Positions 54,564-64,000 of a stretch of DNA of 64,000 bases are shown one piece after another; position 1 is the stretch's first letter; each line of letters starts with the position of its first letter. The notes under the pieces were generated by a model that saw only the letters and a list, made by a program, of their open reading frames with translations, made no database searches and was not told the origin of the DNA. Source of the stretch: a virus; the IMG/VR virus record IMGVR_UViG_3300023082_000002, positions 12,094 through 76,093 of that record; one strand, 5' to 3'. The position numbers and the translations under genes were made by a program.

Positions 54564-55916
54564 ATGGGTACAACCGAGATTTTCTTTCGCAACCCCCACA
54601 ACTACATTAAAGAGCTGGCTGCGGTACCGTTGGCTCGCAAGGTAGCATGGGATCGCGGAATGCTGATGAAGCGAGCGATTGATCCTGTCAAGCACGCCAA
54701 GCTGTGGTTTGCCAACGAGCCATTTCAGTTGCTTATCATTGGCGAGCAGGGAACTGCCCATCTCGACAACACGCACGACATGGACAACCCTATCGCTGTG
54801 TACCCCACCTGGTCATATGCTGATGACGACTTCGGTGACCTCGAGGAAATGATCTTCAACCCAATCGGTGAAGATCAGAAAGCCTGCAATAGCCCCGGAG
54901 TACCGGCTGACGAGTTGCCGGTATACGGTCAGGAGCACCGCGTCGTTCTGGTTGACATGCCACCTGCCACAACAGGTATTTTCAAGAACCTCATGCGCTC
55001 GATCCTTGATACAGCCGACGAGTTCGAGGGCACCGTCAAGTTGCACTTGCACAACAGCTACTCGTACCCCAGCATGTTCGGGCGCGGAATGGCCTCGGCG
55101 GACTACGATCCGCGAACCAATGCTGCCAATGGTAAGATTCATCTACCGAACGGTAAGCTGATTCCGACAACACAGATTCAGCGCGCATCGCACTGGGTTG
55201 CTCAGTTGAACATGACGCCCGGTGAGCTTTCGGACCCGAAGAATCGTTGCATCTTCAACATCAAGTCCGCTATGTGGGCTGCCGACAACTACGAGCGTGA
55301 TCTGAAGTTCACCAAGAAGGGTGATGTTAACCTTGATCCAAGCGCCAAGCAAGTTCAGTCTCATCCAGGAGCTCGGACCGTTCTTAACGGCGCTAAGCCG
55401 CAGCCCGGTGATAAAGTCACATGTAACTCTTGCTCTCTACAGAACGACTGCCAGTATTACAGGCCCGACAACGTCTGTACTCTACCTGACTCTGAGACAT
55501 CGGCACTGGCGAACTACCTCCAGTCACGTAATGCTGACCGACTCATTGACGCGATGGGTACCATGCTCGGAGCTCAGGCGCGTCGTCTAGAGAAGGCTGT
55601 CAAGGAGGAGGAAGAGTTCGGTGAGTACTCTCCCGAGGTCACGAAGATGATTAACAGCCTGTTCGCGAACACGCTGAAGCTCACCAAGGTGATCGACCCC
55701 AGTCTCACGAAGGCTCAGGTGCAGGTGACCGTGGGTGCCGGAGTCGTCGGTGTCGCGCAGGCCGCCTCTCCCCAGCAGCTCGTGGCGAAGGCTATGCAGG
55801 CTCTGGAGGATCAGGGCTATTCGCGTGAAGAGATGGACCAGGAGCTTGTTCGCAACATGGTGATTCAGATGAGCGCACCCCAGCAGCCCGCTATCCAGGG
55901 ACAGGTGGGACCGTAA
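54564..55916 (+). CDS. Divergent TGT/DpdA-like TIM-barrel protein with Zn-binding and helical C-terminus (possible small terminase role)
   Basis: WDRG, YPTW, KLHLH..SAD and R..FNI pattern; CNSC-x5-C-x8-C; just upstream of TerL. Confidence 0.5.
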   Translation: MGTTEIFFRNPHNYIKELAAVPLARKVAWDRGMLMKRAIDPVKHAKLWFANEPFQLLIIGEQGTAHLDNTHDMDNPIAVYPTWSYADDDFGDLEEMIFNPIGEDQKACNSPGVPADELPVYGQEHRVVLVDMPPATTGIFKNLMRSILDTADEFEGTVKLHLHNSYSYPSMFGRGMASADYDPRTNAANGKIHLPNGKLIPTTQIQRASHWVAQLNMTPGELSDPKNRCIFNIKSAMWAADNYERDLKFTKKGDVNLDPSAKQVQSHPGARTVLNGAKPQPGDKVTCNSCSLQNDCQYYRPDNVCTLPDSETSALANYLQSRNADRLIDAMGTMLGAQARRLEKAVKEEEEFGEYSPEVTKMINSLFANTLKLTKVIDPSLTKAQVQVTVGAGVVGVAQAASPQQLVAKAMQALEDQGYSREEMDQELVRNMVIQMSAPQQPAIQGQVGP

Positions 55917-56095
55917 TGGCAAAGCACAAAAAGGACTCGATGTGCCCTGGGTGTTACCCCGAGCGTGACTTTACTGGCATTAAGCGGGCTGCAGATCGCA
56001 GGCGGGGAGGCTATGCGCCCCTCCCTCGCTGTCCTGCTCACCGCATGAAGATGCCCATGGTTCCACCCGGCCCAGCTCTAGGAATGAAGCGATGA
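55916..56095 (+). CDS. 59-aa Cys/His protein (not in ORF track)
   Basis: MAKHKKDSMCPGC...CPAH; TAATG and ATGA overlaps. Confidence 0.5.
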   Translation: MAKHKKDSMCPGCYPERDFTGIKRAADRRRGGYAPLPRCPAHRMKMPMVPPGPALGMKR

Positions 56096-57993
56096 CCGAG
56101 CCTGACCCGAATGACGCACTACTCAATGAGTTCTATTGGCTTCAGAAGCATCCGCACTTCAACGAGCGGCCCGCTTCGGTAGATCAGTTCCTCGGCGAGG
56201 GTTACCTGAACATCGCAGCCCTCGTGCGTCCGGGTCTGCGTCAAGCGCTGATCGACATGTTCGGCGAGGAGGTCAATCCGACTCGTATTGCGATCTTCCA
56301 GAAGGCCATGTTCACTGGCGCTATCGGTGTCGGCAAGACAACCATGGCTTCTATTGTCATTTCGTACATGTGCCACTGGACGCTGTGCTTGAAGGACCCG
56401 CAGGCGTATTACAACTTGCTTCCAGGCTCGCGTATTGCTTTCATGCAGATGTCGACCAGCGAAGATCAGGCTGTCGAGACGGTCTTTGGTGACATCAAGG
56501 CGCGCATCGAGAACAGCAAGTGGTTCGTGGAGAACTTCCCCTTCGACCCCAAGTTCACCAAGCAGATCAGGTTTGACAAGAACATTTGGGTACTACCTGG
56601 CTCGTCGCTAGAGACATCGTTTGAGGGTTACAACATTCTTGGCGGCATTCTCGATGAGGCAGATTCACACAAGCAGACCAAGGACAAGGATTACGCAGAC
56701 GTCGGTCGGGATACGATCGAGAACCGCATCAAGTCACGTTACAAGGATCGCGGCTTCTTTCTTGTGATTGGACAGATGAAGAAGGCAGGCGGCTTCGCAG
56801 CTAAGACCTTCAAAGAGTTCCAGACGGATGAACGAGCTTACGCGATCCGAATGACCCTATGGGAGTCGTTCGGCTGGGATCAGTACCTCAAGGACGACGG
56901 TACACGCGATTCGTTCTGGTACGACGTGAAGCGTAAGAATGTCATCACGGCGCAGGCAGCGTATATGATCCGCAGCGAGAAGCCGGACGTTCAGATCATT
57001 GAGGTTCCGAACGAGTTCCTGATCGACTTCACAACCAAGCCCGAGAAGGCACTTAAGGACCTAGCTGGTATTCCGCCGAATGCAGGCGATGCCTTCATTT
57101 CCTTGTCGTACAAGATCGACGAGGCTGTCGAGCGCTGGAAGGAGGGTCACCCCGGCATGCCGTCGCCAGTTACGCCCGATCCGATCAGCCCGCAGTTCCT
57201 CGATTGGTTCCGAGCACAGACCCCGCTCAAGCGACACCTGCACATTGACTTCGCGTACAGTCCAGATGGTGATGCTCTAGGTATGGCGATGGGTCACGTC
57301 AAGCACATCATTACTGACGATGAAGGCGAGATGAAGCCGTACGTGTCGTTTGATTTCTTGATGCGAGTCAAGGCCGCGCCAGGGTCGGAGATTATGTTCA
57401 GCGGTATTCGCTCGATGGTCTACGATCTCAAGCGCGAGCGTGCATTCCGTATTCGTCAGGCCACCCTCGATGGATTCCAGTCTACAGATACGCGTCAGCA
57501 GTTCCGCAAGAATCGTATCCCAACCGAGATGCTCTCGGTGGATAAGAGTAAGCTTGCGTACGAGGATTTGCGTGATGCGCTCTATGAGAATCGCATTGAG
57601 TTTCCGCCGTACATGACGAAGCTCGAGATGAACTCTACCGAAGAGGTTATGATTGCGGTCAAGGAACTGATGGAGCTCGAGGAGAATGACAAGAAGATTG
57701 ACCACCCTGTGTCAGGCAGCAAAGACGTTGCGGATTGTATTGCAGCGGTTACGTCGTCCTTGATGGGTGACAGGGCATACCACAGGGGTATACGCTCCAA
57801 CCCGAACGACACAGCGGCGGAAAGCAACGGTGATTCCCCGCCCCCAATCAGTTACTCGCAGAGCGGTAACCGACTCCAGCATTTGATGCCGACTGGTCTG
57901 CAAGCACCAGCCCCGCCGTCGTCTATTCCTGGCTTCGGGAGCATCCCCACTGTCGGAGTACCACCAGGGCTTATGCCGGGAAGAGACAGGTAG
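56092..57993 (+). CDS. terL: Terminase large subunit
   Basis: GAIGVGKT, ILDE, HIDFA, KIDHP..GSKDVAD. Confidence 0.92.
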   Translation: MTEPDPNDALLNEFYWLQKHPHFNERPASVDQFLGEGYLNIAALVRPGLRQALIDMFGEEVNPTRIAIFQKAMFTGAIGVGKTTMASIVISYMCHWTLCLKDPQAYYNLLPGSRIAFMQMSTSEDQAVETVFGDIKARIENSKWFVENFPFDPKFTKQIRFDKNIWVLPGSSLETSFEGYNILGGILDEADSHKQTKDKDYADVGRDTIENRIKSRYKDRGFFLVIGQMKKAGGFAAKTFKEFQTDERAYAIRMTLWESFGWDQYLKDDGTRDSFWYDVKRKNVITAQAAYMIRSEKPDVQIIEVPNEFLIDFTTKPEKALKDLAGIPPNAGDAFISLSYKIDEAVERWKEGHPGMPSPVTPDPISPQFLDWFRAQTPLKRHLHIDFAYSPDGDALGMAMGHVKHIITDDEGEMKPYVSFDFLMRVKAAPGSEIMFSGIRSMVYDLKRERAFRIRQATLDGFQSTDTRQQFRKNRIPTEMLSVDKSKLAYEDLRDALYENRIEFPPYMTKLEMNSTEEVMIAVKELMELEENDKKIDHPVSGSKDVADCIAAVTSSLMGDRAYHRGIRSNPNDTAAESNGDSPPPISYSQSGNRLQHLMPTGLQAPAPPSSIPGFGSIPTVGVPPGLMPGRDR

Positions 57994-57996
57994 CAA

Positions 57997-59706
57997 GTGA
58001 GCAAGCAGCTACTCGGACCGAACGGACAGCCGATTAGTTCGGCGTCTTTCAAGAAGGCGACACCGCCCCCAACGGGCGAGAAGTTCGGTAACTGGTCGGG
58101 CGATGCGGTCGATGTCATGCGACTCCCCGGCGGAGGTCTGCTTGGATTCAATCTCGATGATCTTACTCTCGATGATTTCCGGCAGATGAAGGATCACTAC
58201 CAGATCAACTCTTCGCTGTCGATCCTCACCTTTATGCTGCACCAGATGGAGTACCGGATCGAGTGCGAGGACAAGAAGCTCCAGGCGCAGGCCGAGGAGA
58301 TGCTTGAGGCGGTGTGGGGTAGACTTGTTCGCTCCATGAGTCAGGCATTCTGGGCCGGCTTCTCGCCCAACGTCCTCGAGTGGGAGAACGACGTACAGGG
58401 CAAGGCGATTGTTCTCGACAAGATTAAGGACCTGCGTCCTGAAGAGTGCAGGGTCAACTGGAAGAAGGTTGACGGCGCAAAGGTCCCGTTGGCCCAGGAG
58501 ATTACAGGTTCGATCTTCCCGCCGAATGGTTCCGGTAGCATCAAGGTGTATGACGGGATCAATCAGATCGGTTGGCCGGGTCCGATCCCAGTCGACAACA
58601 CTTTCTGGTATCCGCTCCTTATGGACCACGGCAACTACTACGGCAAGAAGCTGCTGCGACCTGCATTCCAGTCATGGTTCTTCTCGATTCTCATGCACTT
58701 GTTCGCGAACCGCTATTACGAGCGCTTTGGCGAGCCCACCCCGGTCGGTCGCGCCCCCTTCGATGACGAGCTCGACATGGGTGGCGACAAGCCGGTTCGC
58801 GGCAACAAGGCTATGGAGATGATTCTCACACAGCTTCGGTCGCGTGGCACGGTCGTTCTCCCCAATGACAAGCAGAACGCCGGACCCGGCGAGACAAACC
58901 CTGACTTTGACTACACTATCGAGTATCTTGAGTCTCAGATGCGCGGCGCAGACTTCGAGCGCTACATGACACGACTCGACGAGGAGATGTCGCTGGCTTT
59001 GTTTACACCGATCCTTCTCATGCGGACCGCCGATGTCGGTTCATACTCGCTTGGCGAGGGGCACATGCAGATGTATATGCTGATGCTCAACGCAATCAGC
59101 AGCGACTGGGCACAGTACATCAATCGTTACATCTTGGCTCCCATTGCTCGTTTCAACAGTTCACGCGGTTCCACCAATCCGCCGAAGCTCACGATCAAGT
59201 TCCGCCAGCTCGGCAAGGAAAATCAGGACATCGTGCGCGACGCGATCCGTAACGGTATCTCCGAGGGTCGTCTCGAGATTGACGTGAAGGACCTCAGCGA
59301 GAACGCCGGCCTGGACATTAAGAAGATTCAGCAGCTCACCGAGACCGATGATCAGCTTGCTGCTAACGACGAAGCGGACACTGGCAACAAGGAGCAGCCC
59401 AACCAGGGCGACAAGGTCCAGTCAACGGCGGCTCGCTTGGTGGACCGAGTGGCCCCACAGGCACAGAAAGCCTACAGGCAGGGTTTGCCTTTGGATAGGA
59501 CGACCGTGTCCCTCGGTTTCCAAAAGGCAATGACACAGGCTTTCCGTGAAGCTGGATATTCGGACCCAGTGGCATCGTCTACGTGGCTTTATGAGTACAT
59601 GAAGGTCTGGATTGATGACGCTAGTAACACCTTTGATTCTTCGGAGGAATACATGCGCGGCTTCAACCTTGCACTTCAGGCACAGCTTAAGGAGCTGAAG
59701 AAGTGA
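57997..59706 (+). CDS. Portal protein (DUF935/Mu gp29-like)
   Basis: YGKKLLRP, ERFGEP, GSYSLGEGH; follows TerL. Confidence 0.88.
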   Translation: MSKQLLGPNGQPISSASFKKATPPPTGEKFGNWSGDAVDVMRLPGGGLLGFNLDDLTLDDFRQMKDHYQINSSLSILTFMLHQMEYRIECEDKKLQAQAEEMLEAVWGRLVRSMSQAFWAGFSPNVLEWENDVQGKAIVLDKIKDLRPEECRVNWKKVDGAKVPLAQEITGSIFPPNGSGSIKVYDGINQIGWPGPIPVDNTFWYPLLMDHGNYYGKKLLRPAFQSWFFSILMHLFANRYYERFGEPTPVGRAPFDDELDMGGDKPVRGNKAMEMILTQLRSRGTVVLPNDKQNAGPGETNPDFDYTIEYLESQMRGADFERYMTRLDEEMSLALFTPILLMRTADVGSYSLGEGHMQMYMLMLNAISSDWAQYINRYILAPIARFNSSRGSTNPPKLTIKFRQLGKENQDIVRDAIRNGISEGRLEIDVKDLSENAGLDIKKIQQLTETDDQLAANDEADTGNKEQPNQGDKVQSTAARLVDRVAPQAQKAYRQGLPLDRTTVSLGFQKAMTQAFREAGYSDPVASSTWLYEYMKVWIDDASNTFDSSEEYMRGFNLALQAQLKELKK

Positions 59707-60092
59707 CACCGTTCATTCAGGACTTGAGCATTTATCAGGGAGATCGCTTCGAACTCTTTTTCAGACTTTACAATATGGTTTGGGATGAGGGTACGGAGAC
59801 CTTTATTAAGGGTCCGTATGTAAACCTGACCGGCCATACCGTAACTGGTAGCATCAAGGCTAGGCGTGGCGCTTCGGAGGCGGTTGTTGCAACTTGGTCT
59901 TGCACACTGTCTGATCAGAGTGACGAGGATAGTGTCGGTGGAATCCTCTGTGTTTTACTTCCATCAGAGAGTGTAAAGCTTTCAGACAGCAGCTATGTCT
60001 ACGACATTCAGACCAGCCTAGATGCAGATCACGTAAGCACGTGGCTTACGGGTTCCATTTCCACGACACTGGAGGTGACTGGAAATGGCTAG
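59703..60092 (+). CDS. Ig-like virion accessory protein
   Basis: IYQGD...YVYDIQ...TWLTG...EVT pattern. Confidence 0.65.
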   Translation: MTPFIQDLSIYQGDRFELFFRLYNMVWDEGTETFIKGPYVNLTGHTVTGSIKARRGASEAVVATWSCTLSDQSDEDSVGGILCVLLPSESVKLSDSSYVYDIQTSLDADHVSTWLTGSISTTLEVTGNG

Positions 60093-60297
60093 TAAGTACG
60101 GCATTGAAGTCATCGCCGGGTCAGAGGTGAGCGAGGGGACCTCGTTCGTGGGGGGTATGGAGCTAGAAATTGGCACCACCAACTCTGCAAAGGTTTCCGG
60201 TGTAGGAATTTCTACGATCCAGGGAATTACCCAGGAAGACTTTGATGCACTGGTCGTCAAAGACCCGAACACTTTTTACGTCATCACAACGGCTTAA
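60085..60297 (+). CDS. Short fibre-associated protein
   Basis: ITQEDFDALVVKDPNTFYVI motif common in phage fibres. Confidence 0.6.
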   Translation: MASKYGIEVIAGSEVSEGTSFVGGMELEIGTTNSAKVSGVGISTIQGITQEDFDALVVKDPNTFYVITTA

Positions 60298-60306
60298 GGA
60301 GCCAAC

Positions 60307-60840
60307 ATGGCTATTGCAGCATCAGACATTGTTGTTCGGCTTACTACAAAGACGGGCGCAGCGGGCGACACCAACGCCGGAACGCCAACTGGTTCGCTTG
60401 GCGGCTTCACGTCGCAGACAGCTGCCGGAACAGGTCTCAACGATCTTTTTGATGATGTGACCGGTGCCGAGAACGCTGCTTCCGAGGCAGAGTATCGAGC
60501 GGTCGACATCTTGAACAACCACGCAACACTCACTGCAACATCGGTCGGCATCTGGTTGACTTCAGATGTCACTGGTGGTGCTGTCCCTGCAATCGGAGTC
60601 GACCCAGCGGCGGCAACGGCAAAGGGCGGGACTGGGCAGGGTGCCTCGATCGCTACAGAAGATGTCGCTCCAGCGGGTGTCGTCTTTTCGGCTCCGACCA
60701 CGATCGGGACCATGCTTTCTGTCGGTACCCTCGCGCCAGGTCAGGTTCGTCGTATCTGGATTCGCCGCACCGCAGCCAATACTGCAGCTCTCAACGCCGA
60801 TGGTGCGACTCTTCAGATCAGCTTCGATACACCTGCATAA
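60307..60840 (+). CDS. Virion structural protein
   Basis: SLGG...LFDDVTG.E...YR...IWIRR. Confidence 0.65.
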   Translation: MAIAASDIVVRLTTKTGAAGDTNAGTPTGSLGGFTSQTAAGTGLNDLFDDVTGAENAASEAEYRAVDILNNHATLTATSVGIWLTSDVTGGAVPAIGVDPAAATAKGGTGQGASIATEDVAPAGVVFSAPTTIGTMLSVGTLAPGQVRRIWIRRTAANTAALNADGATLQISFDTPA

Positions 60841-62915
60841 TGTCTGCGCTAAAAGGCTGGCTTACAGCTGCGTACACGCCGGGCCCTGGAACTTCCTACA
60901 CTATCAACATGAGTGCAGGCATTACTGGTGCCGCAATTGCTGACGGCGATTTTGTGTTTGTCTTTGCCGAGGCAGCTGGTTCTGTGGCAAACAGTAAGGT
61001 GCCTTCGGCGCCTGCTGGTTTTACAACCCTTATTCCTTTTGGAGCAATGGGCACTTCAGCCACTTCTGCTTGGGGTTTGTATGTAAAGAAAAGAACCTCA
61101 GGGGATGGAAACTACACTGGAGCTCTTGATAGTACTGGCTCTCATACTATTAACTCAAACTTTAAAATCTTCTGGATAGAAGGATCTTATCGTTCAGATA
61201 TTCCAGGTTGGGTTATAGGTTCGCGTGGAACTCGTGCAAGTTCTGGTGGAACTGTCAACAATATTGCGCCTTCAGTTACGGTGACAGGTGCAGCCAGTGT
61301 GATGGGTGTTTCTACAGAGCGCACGGCTGCTAGCGAAGTCGAAACTGATTCTACAGTCTCTGGTACTGGTTGGACTAAAGAAAAGACTTTTCTTGGTGTA
61401 ACTGCTGCTTCTTCGACGATAACTCTTGCCACTAAAGAAATGACAGCGGCAGGTGCTACGGGAGATGTTACAACAACTTACATAAACACTCAGGCTGCAA
61501 ATGGCGAGGCATTTCAGATAGCAATCCCGTCAGCTTTGGTTACCGTCACCAAGTCATTTCCGATGTCTTGGGATGTAGCCGCAGACGTTGCATTGACTAC
61601 AGTCACAAAGTCATTTGATATGGTTTGGAGTATTCGCTCGCGGCTTACGAAGTCGCATTCAATGTCTTGGAATTATCTTTCTACTCGAACCAAGCGCCAT
61701 ACTTCCACTACAGTTTCCGAGTGGCTTTCTCGTACTCCATTCTACGGAGCGCATCGAGGGGGATCGGTATCATATCCCGAGATGAGTAAGTATGCCTACG
61801 ACGAAGCTGTAAGTCTCGGATATCCGATGCTAGAACTCAGTCTTGCGCGCACTTCGGATGGAGTGTGGTTTGGTCTACATGACGCAAGCTTGGATAGAAC
61901 AAGTCTTCAGACAGGTGGCGGGTCGGGGACAACCCTTGTTGCATCTTCTATGACCTGGGCGCAGGTTCAGGCGTATCAGATTACCGCCTGGCAGACTACG
62001 CAAACGTCACAGCAGTCACAGCCATATATGCGCTGGGAAGAAATTATCGCCGCGTACTATAAGACGCATGTAATCTTTGTCGACCCAAAGGCGGCGTATT
62101 CTTTTAGGGCTGAGCTTCTTGACATGATGGACGCCTGTGGTGCTGATTCAACTGAGCATTTTATCGGAAAGTATTTCGGAGTAGTGGGTGCTTCGAATAA
62201 CTCTTCAGGCTGGGCGAAAGATTTGGAGAATCGAGGATATCAGCGCTGGGGCTATTTCTACGAGGGGGACGTTTCCAATCTTCCTACATACGCCCCACGT
62301 TGGACATTGCTCGGGATGGATTATAATGCATCTCAGGCAGCTTGGGATGCGATTCTTGCATACGGAAAGCCTGTTATTGCTCACATCTGTCCTAACGAGG
62401 CGGCGGTTACAACAGGCCTTTCTAGGGGCGCTTCTGGATTTATGGTTTCTGCGACCAGGATTGTTTCGCCGACTCTTTCGAAGTCCGGTATGTCCTGGAA
62501 TGTACTGCAGCAGGCAACTCGATCGCATGAAATTTCGTGGAACGTATTGCAGCGTCTTACTAAGTCTTTGACATTTTCGTCAAATGTCAAAGAGACGATA
62601 ACCAAGGCACTTGCGATGTCTTGGAATGTAAGATCACAGCTTACAAAGTCTCATGCGATGTCTTGGAATGTTTTTCAGCGTTTGACAAAGTCGCATGCAT
62701 TTAGTTTTAACATTCGCTCTAGGGTAACTAAGCCTCAAGATATGTCTTGGAATGTTCGCGAAAGAATTACAGAGTCGTTTGAGATGTCTTGGAACGTGCT
62801 GGAGGATGTCGCAAGTATTTCTTTTGCGGTTGGTGCAAAGACGGTCGCAGCTTTTAAGGTTGGAACTAGATCGGTAAGTAAAATCTTCAAGGGCAATGAT
62901 CAGCTATGGCCGTAG
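60840..62915 (+). CDS. Fibre-like virion protein with 14-aa repeats and embedded glycerophosphodiester phosphodiesterase (GDPD)
   Basis: GAHRGG..YPE, LELSL..TSDG...LHD.SLDRT; MSWNV....TKSH repeats with 42-bp period. Confidence 0.8.
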   Translation: MSALKGWLTAAYTPGPGTSYTINMSAGITGAAIADGDFVFVFAEAAGSVANSKVPSAPAGFTTLIPFGAMGTSATSAWGLYVKKRTSGDGNYTGALDSTGSHTINSNFKIFWIEGSYRSDIPGWVIGSRGTRASSGGTVNNIAPSVTVTGAASVMGVSTERTAASEVETDSTVSGTGWTKEKTFLGVTAASSTITLATKEMTAAGATGDVTTTYINTQAANGEAFQIAIPSALVTVTKSFPMSWDVAADVALTTVTKSFDMVWSIRSRLTKSHSMSWNYLSTRTKRHTSTTVSEWLSRTPFYGAHRGGSVSYPEMSKYAYDEAVSLGYPMLELSLARTSDGVWFGLHDASLDRTSLQTGGGSGTTLVASSMTWAQVQAYQITAWQTTQTSQQSQPYMRWEEIIAAYYKTHVIFVDPKAAYSFRAELLDMMDACGADSTEHFIGKYFGVVGASNNSSGWAKDLENRGYQRWGYFYEGDVSNLPTYAPRWTLLGMDYNASQAAWDAILAYGKPVIAHICPNEAAVTTGLSRGASGFMVSATRIVSPTLSKSGMSWNVLQQATRSHEISWNVLQRLTKSLTFSSNVKETITKALAMSWNVRSQLTKSHAMSWNVFQRLTKSHAFSFNIRSRVTKPQDMSWNVRERITESFEMSWNVLEDVASISFAVGAKTVAAFKVGTRSVSKIFKGNDQLWP

Positions 62916-63184
62916 AAGGTGAATCACAGGATGACGGCGAGATTCGCTGTCCACTGTGTGACCGGTCTCCCATTCTCGCAACCTACGGATTTGACGAGCG
63001 TGGGAGATTGTTTATTCACGTCAAGGTCTGGAAGGGCTCTGAGGTGAAGGCTGACGTTTACGTAACAGGCGGCGAGGTTACTCTCAAGTGCTACCGATGC
63101 TTGCGATTCAACACGGTTAGAATTCACGGAGTTTTACCATCGCTAAGTAAAGCAAGACGCCCGAACATTAACGACGGGTGGTAA
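62906..63184 (+). CDS. Com-like Zn-ribbon protein
   Basis: IRCPLC...LKCYRC. Confidence 0.55.
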   Translation: MAVEGESQDDGEIRCPLCDRSPILATYGFDERGRLFIHVKVWKGSEVKADVYVTGGEVTLKCYRCLRFNTVRIHGVLPSLSKARRPNINDGW

Positions 63185-63198
63185 CCCTCGGATAGTCC

Positions 63199-63228
63199 TT
63201 GCCTTCATGGCATGGCTACCTCTACCGT
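63199..63228 (+). promoter_or_regulatory. Putative late promoter
   Basis: TTGCCT-18-TACCGT. Confidence 0.4.
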
Positions 63229-63239
63229 AAGGACCCATC

Positions 63240-64000
63240 ATGACGATCACACTCGCACCCGACGCACGTCGCTCGGTAGGACTCTTTTCTACGGGTCTCG
63301 GGATCATCGACCACAAGCCGAAGATCGCATTCGCCAAGGGGACCAAGTCAGACCGTATGGTCTTGACGGTGACCGACATGCCCGTCTTCCGATCGGGAAC
63401 CTTCCGTGACTCGATGGGCTACCAGCACACCTGGGAGTCCATTCACATCGACCAGATGGTGATGCACTACTCCCACCTGGCATCGAACGGCATCTTTTCA
63501 GATGTTCCGGTTCGCAAGGGTCACGGCTCGTTCCTTGGTGATCCCATGGATTCGTTGATCGGTTGGCACACGGGTCTGCGTGCCGAGACAATGACCTCCA
63601 CGCACGATGGAAATGAGTACAGCTACCTTCTTGCCTCGTACGAGATTTTTGACGAGGAAGCAGCGGCCCGTGTCGAGGGTGGTGATTGGCGAAACCGTTC
63701 GTCCGAGGTAGGGTTCTACTTGACGAACGCGGAGGCAGAGTACTGGCCCGTCTATCAGGGGTTCGCTTACGTGGACATTCCTGCAGTCGAAGGTCTGAAT
63801 GGCTTCTCCAAGGCAGTCAAGTCCCGCAGCAACTTTTCAATGATGATGGAAGAGGAGACAGCCGATATGGCCGAGACACCCGAAGAGAAGGCAGCCCGCG
63901 AAGCTGCCGAGGCTGCAGCGGCCACTCCGCCCGCAGCCGCCGCGCCCCCCGCTGAGCAGGCCGCGCCCCCCGCCGAGCAGCCCCCCGCCGAGCAGCCCCC
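63240..64000 (+). CDS. Capsid maturation protease (Mu gpI-like) with nested scaffold; 3' truncated, not in ORF track
   Basis: MTITLAP...VFRSGTF...GH...IGW...RNRSSE...AYVDIPAVEGL; then A/P/E-rich PPAEQ repeats. Confidence 0.8.
   Translation, partial: MTITLAPDARRSVGLFSTGLGIIDHKPKIAFAKGTKSDRMVLTVTDMPVFRSGTFRDSMGYQHTWESIHIDQMVMHYSHLASNGIFSDVPVRKGHGSFLGDPMDSLIGWHTGLRAETMTSTHDGNEYSYLLASYEIFDEEAAARVEGGDWRNRSSEVGFYLTNAEAEYWPVYQGFAYVDIPAVEGLNGFSKAVKSRSNFSMMMEEETADMAETPEEKAAREAAEAAAATPPAAAAPPAEQAAPPAEQPPAEQP

Overview
This window is part of a long-tailed actinobacteriophage genome. The WhiB gene, the actinobacterial DnaA/LexA boxes, an LPXTG protein and the absence of a visible LysB suggest a non-mycolate host, possibly Nocardioidaceae-like (inference). 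The window looks circularly permuted. 1-10.1 kb (+): end of the tape measure, minor tail genes and a lysis cassette. 10.2-48.7 kb (-): DNA metabolism and early genes, including Cas4/RecB-like nuclease, WhiB, DNA MTase, RusA, beta clamp, Orn, MazG-like, SNF2 helicase, Xer-like recombinase, a VWA + AAA pair and many small ORFs. 48.7-50.3 kb: non-coding control region. 50.3-54.3 kb (-): primase/helicase genes. 54.5-64 kb (+): TGT-like gene, terminase, portal, accessory virion proteins and head protease/scaffold. The most striking signal is the 48.76-49.55 kb non-coding stretch, a dense array of host-protein binding sites: a perfect CRP box, four packed DnaA boxes, a perfect LexA SOS box, a symmetric dif-like site and many more palindromes. 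It lies next to an iteron-type putative origin and a possible genome end. Other highlights are two highly structured intergenic RNAs (one behind an Sm-like-looking gene), a phage sortase-anchored surface protein, an endolysin fused to an EEP phosphodiesterase, a GDPD inserted into a repeat fibre, and three paralogous PS(T/S)GAI winged-helix proteins. All calls come from reading motifs by eye; no searches were run.
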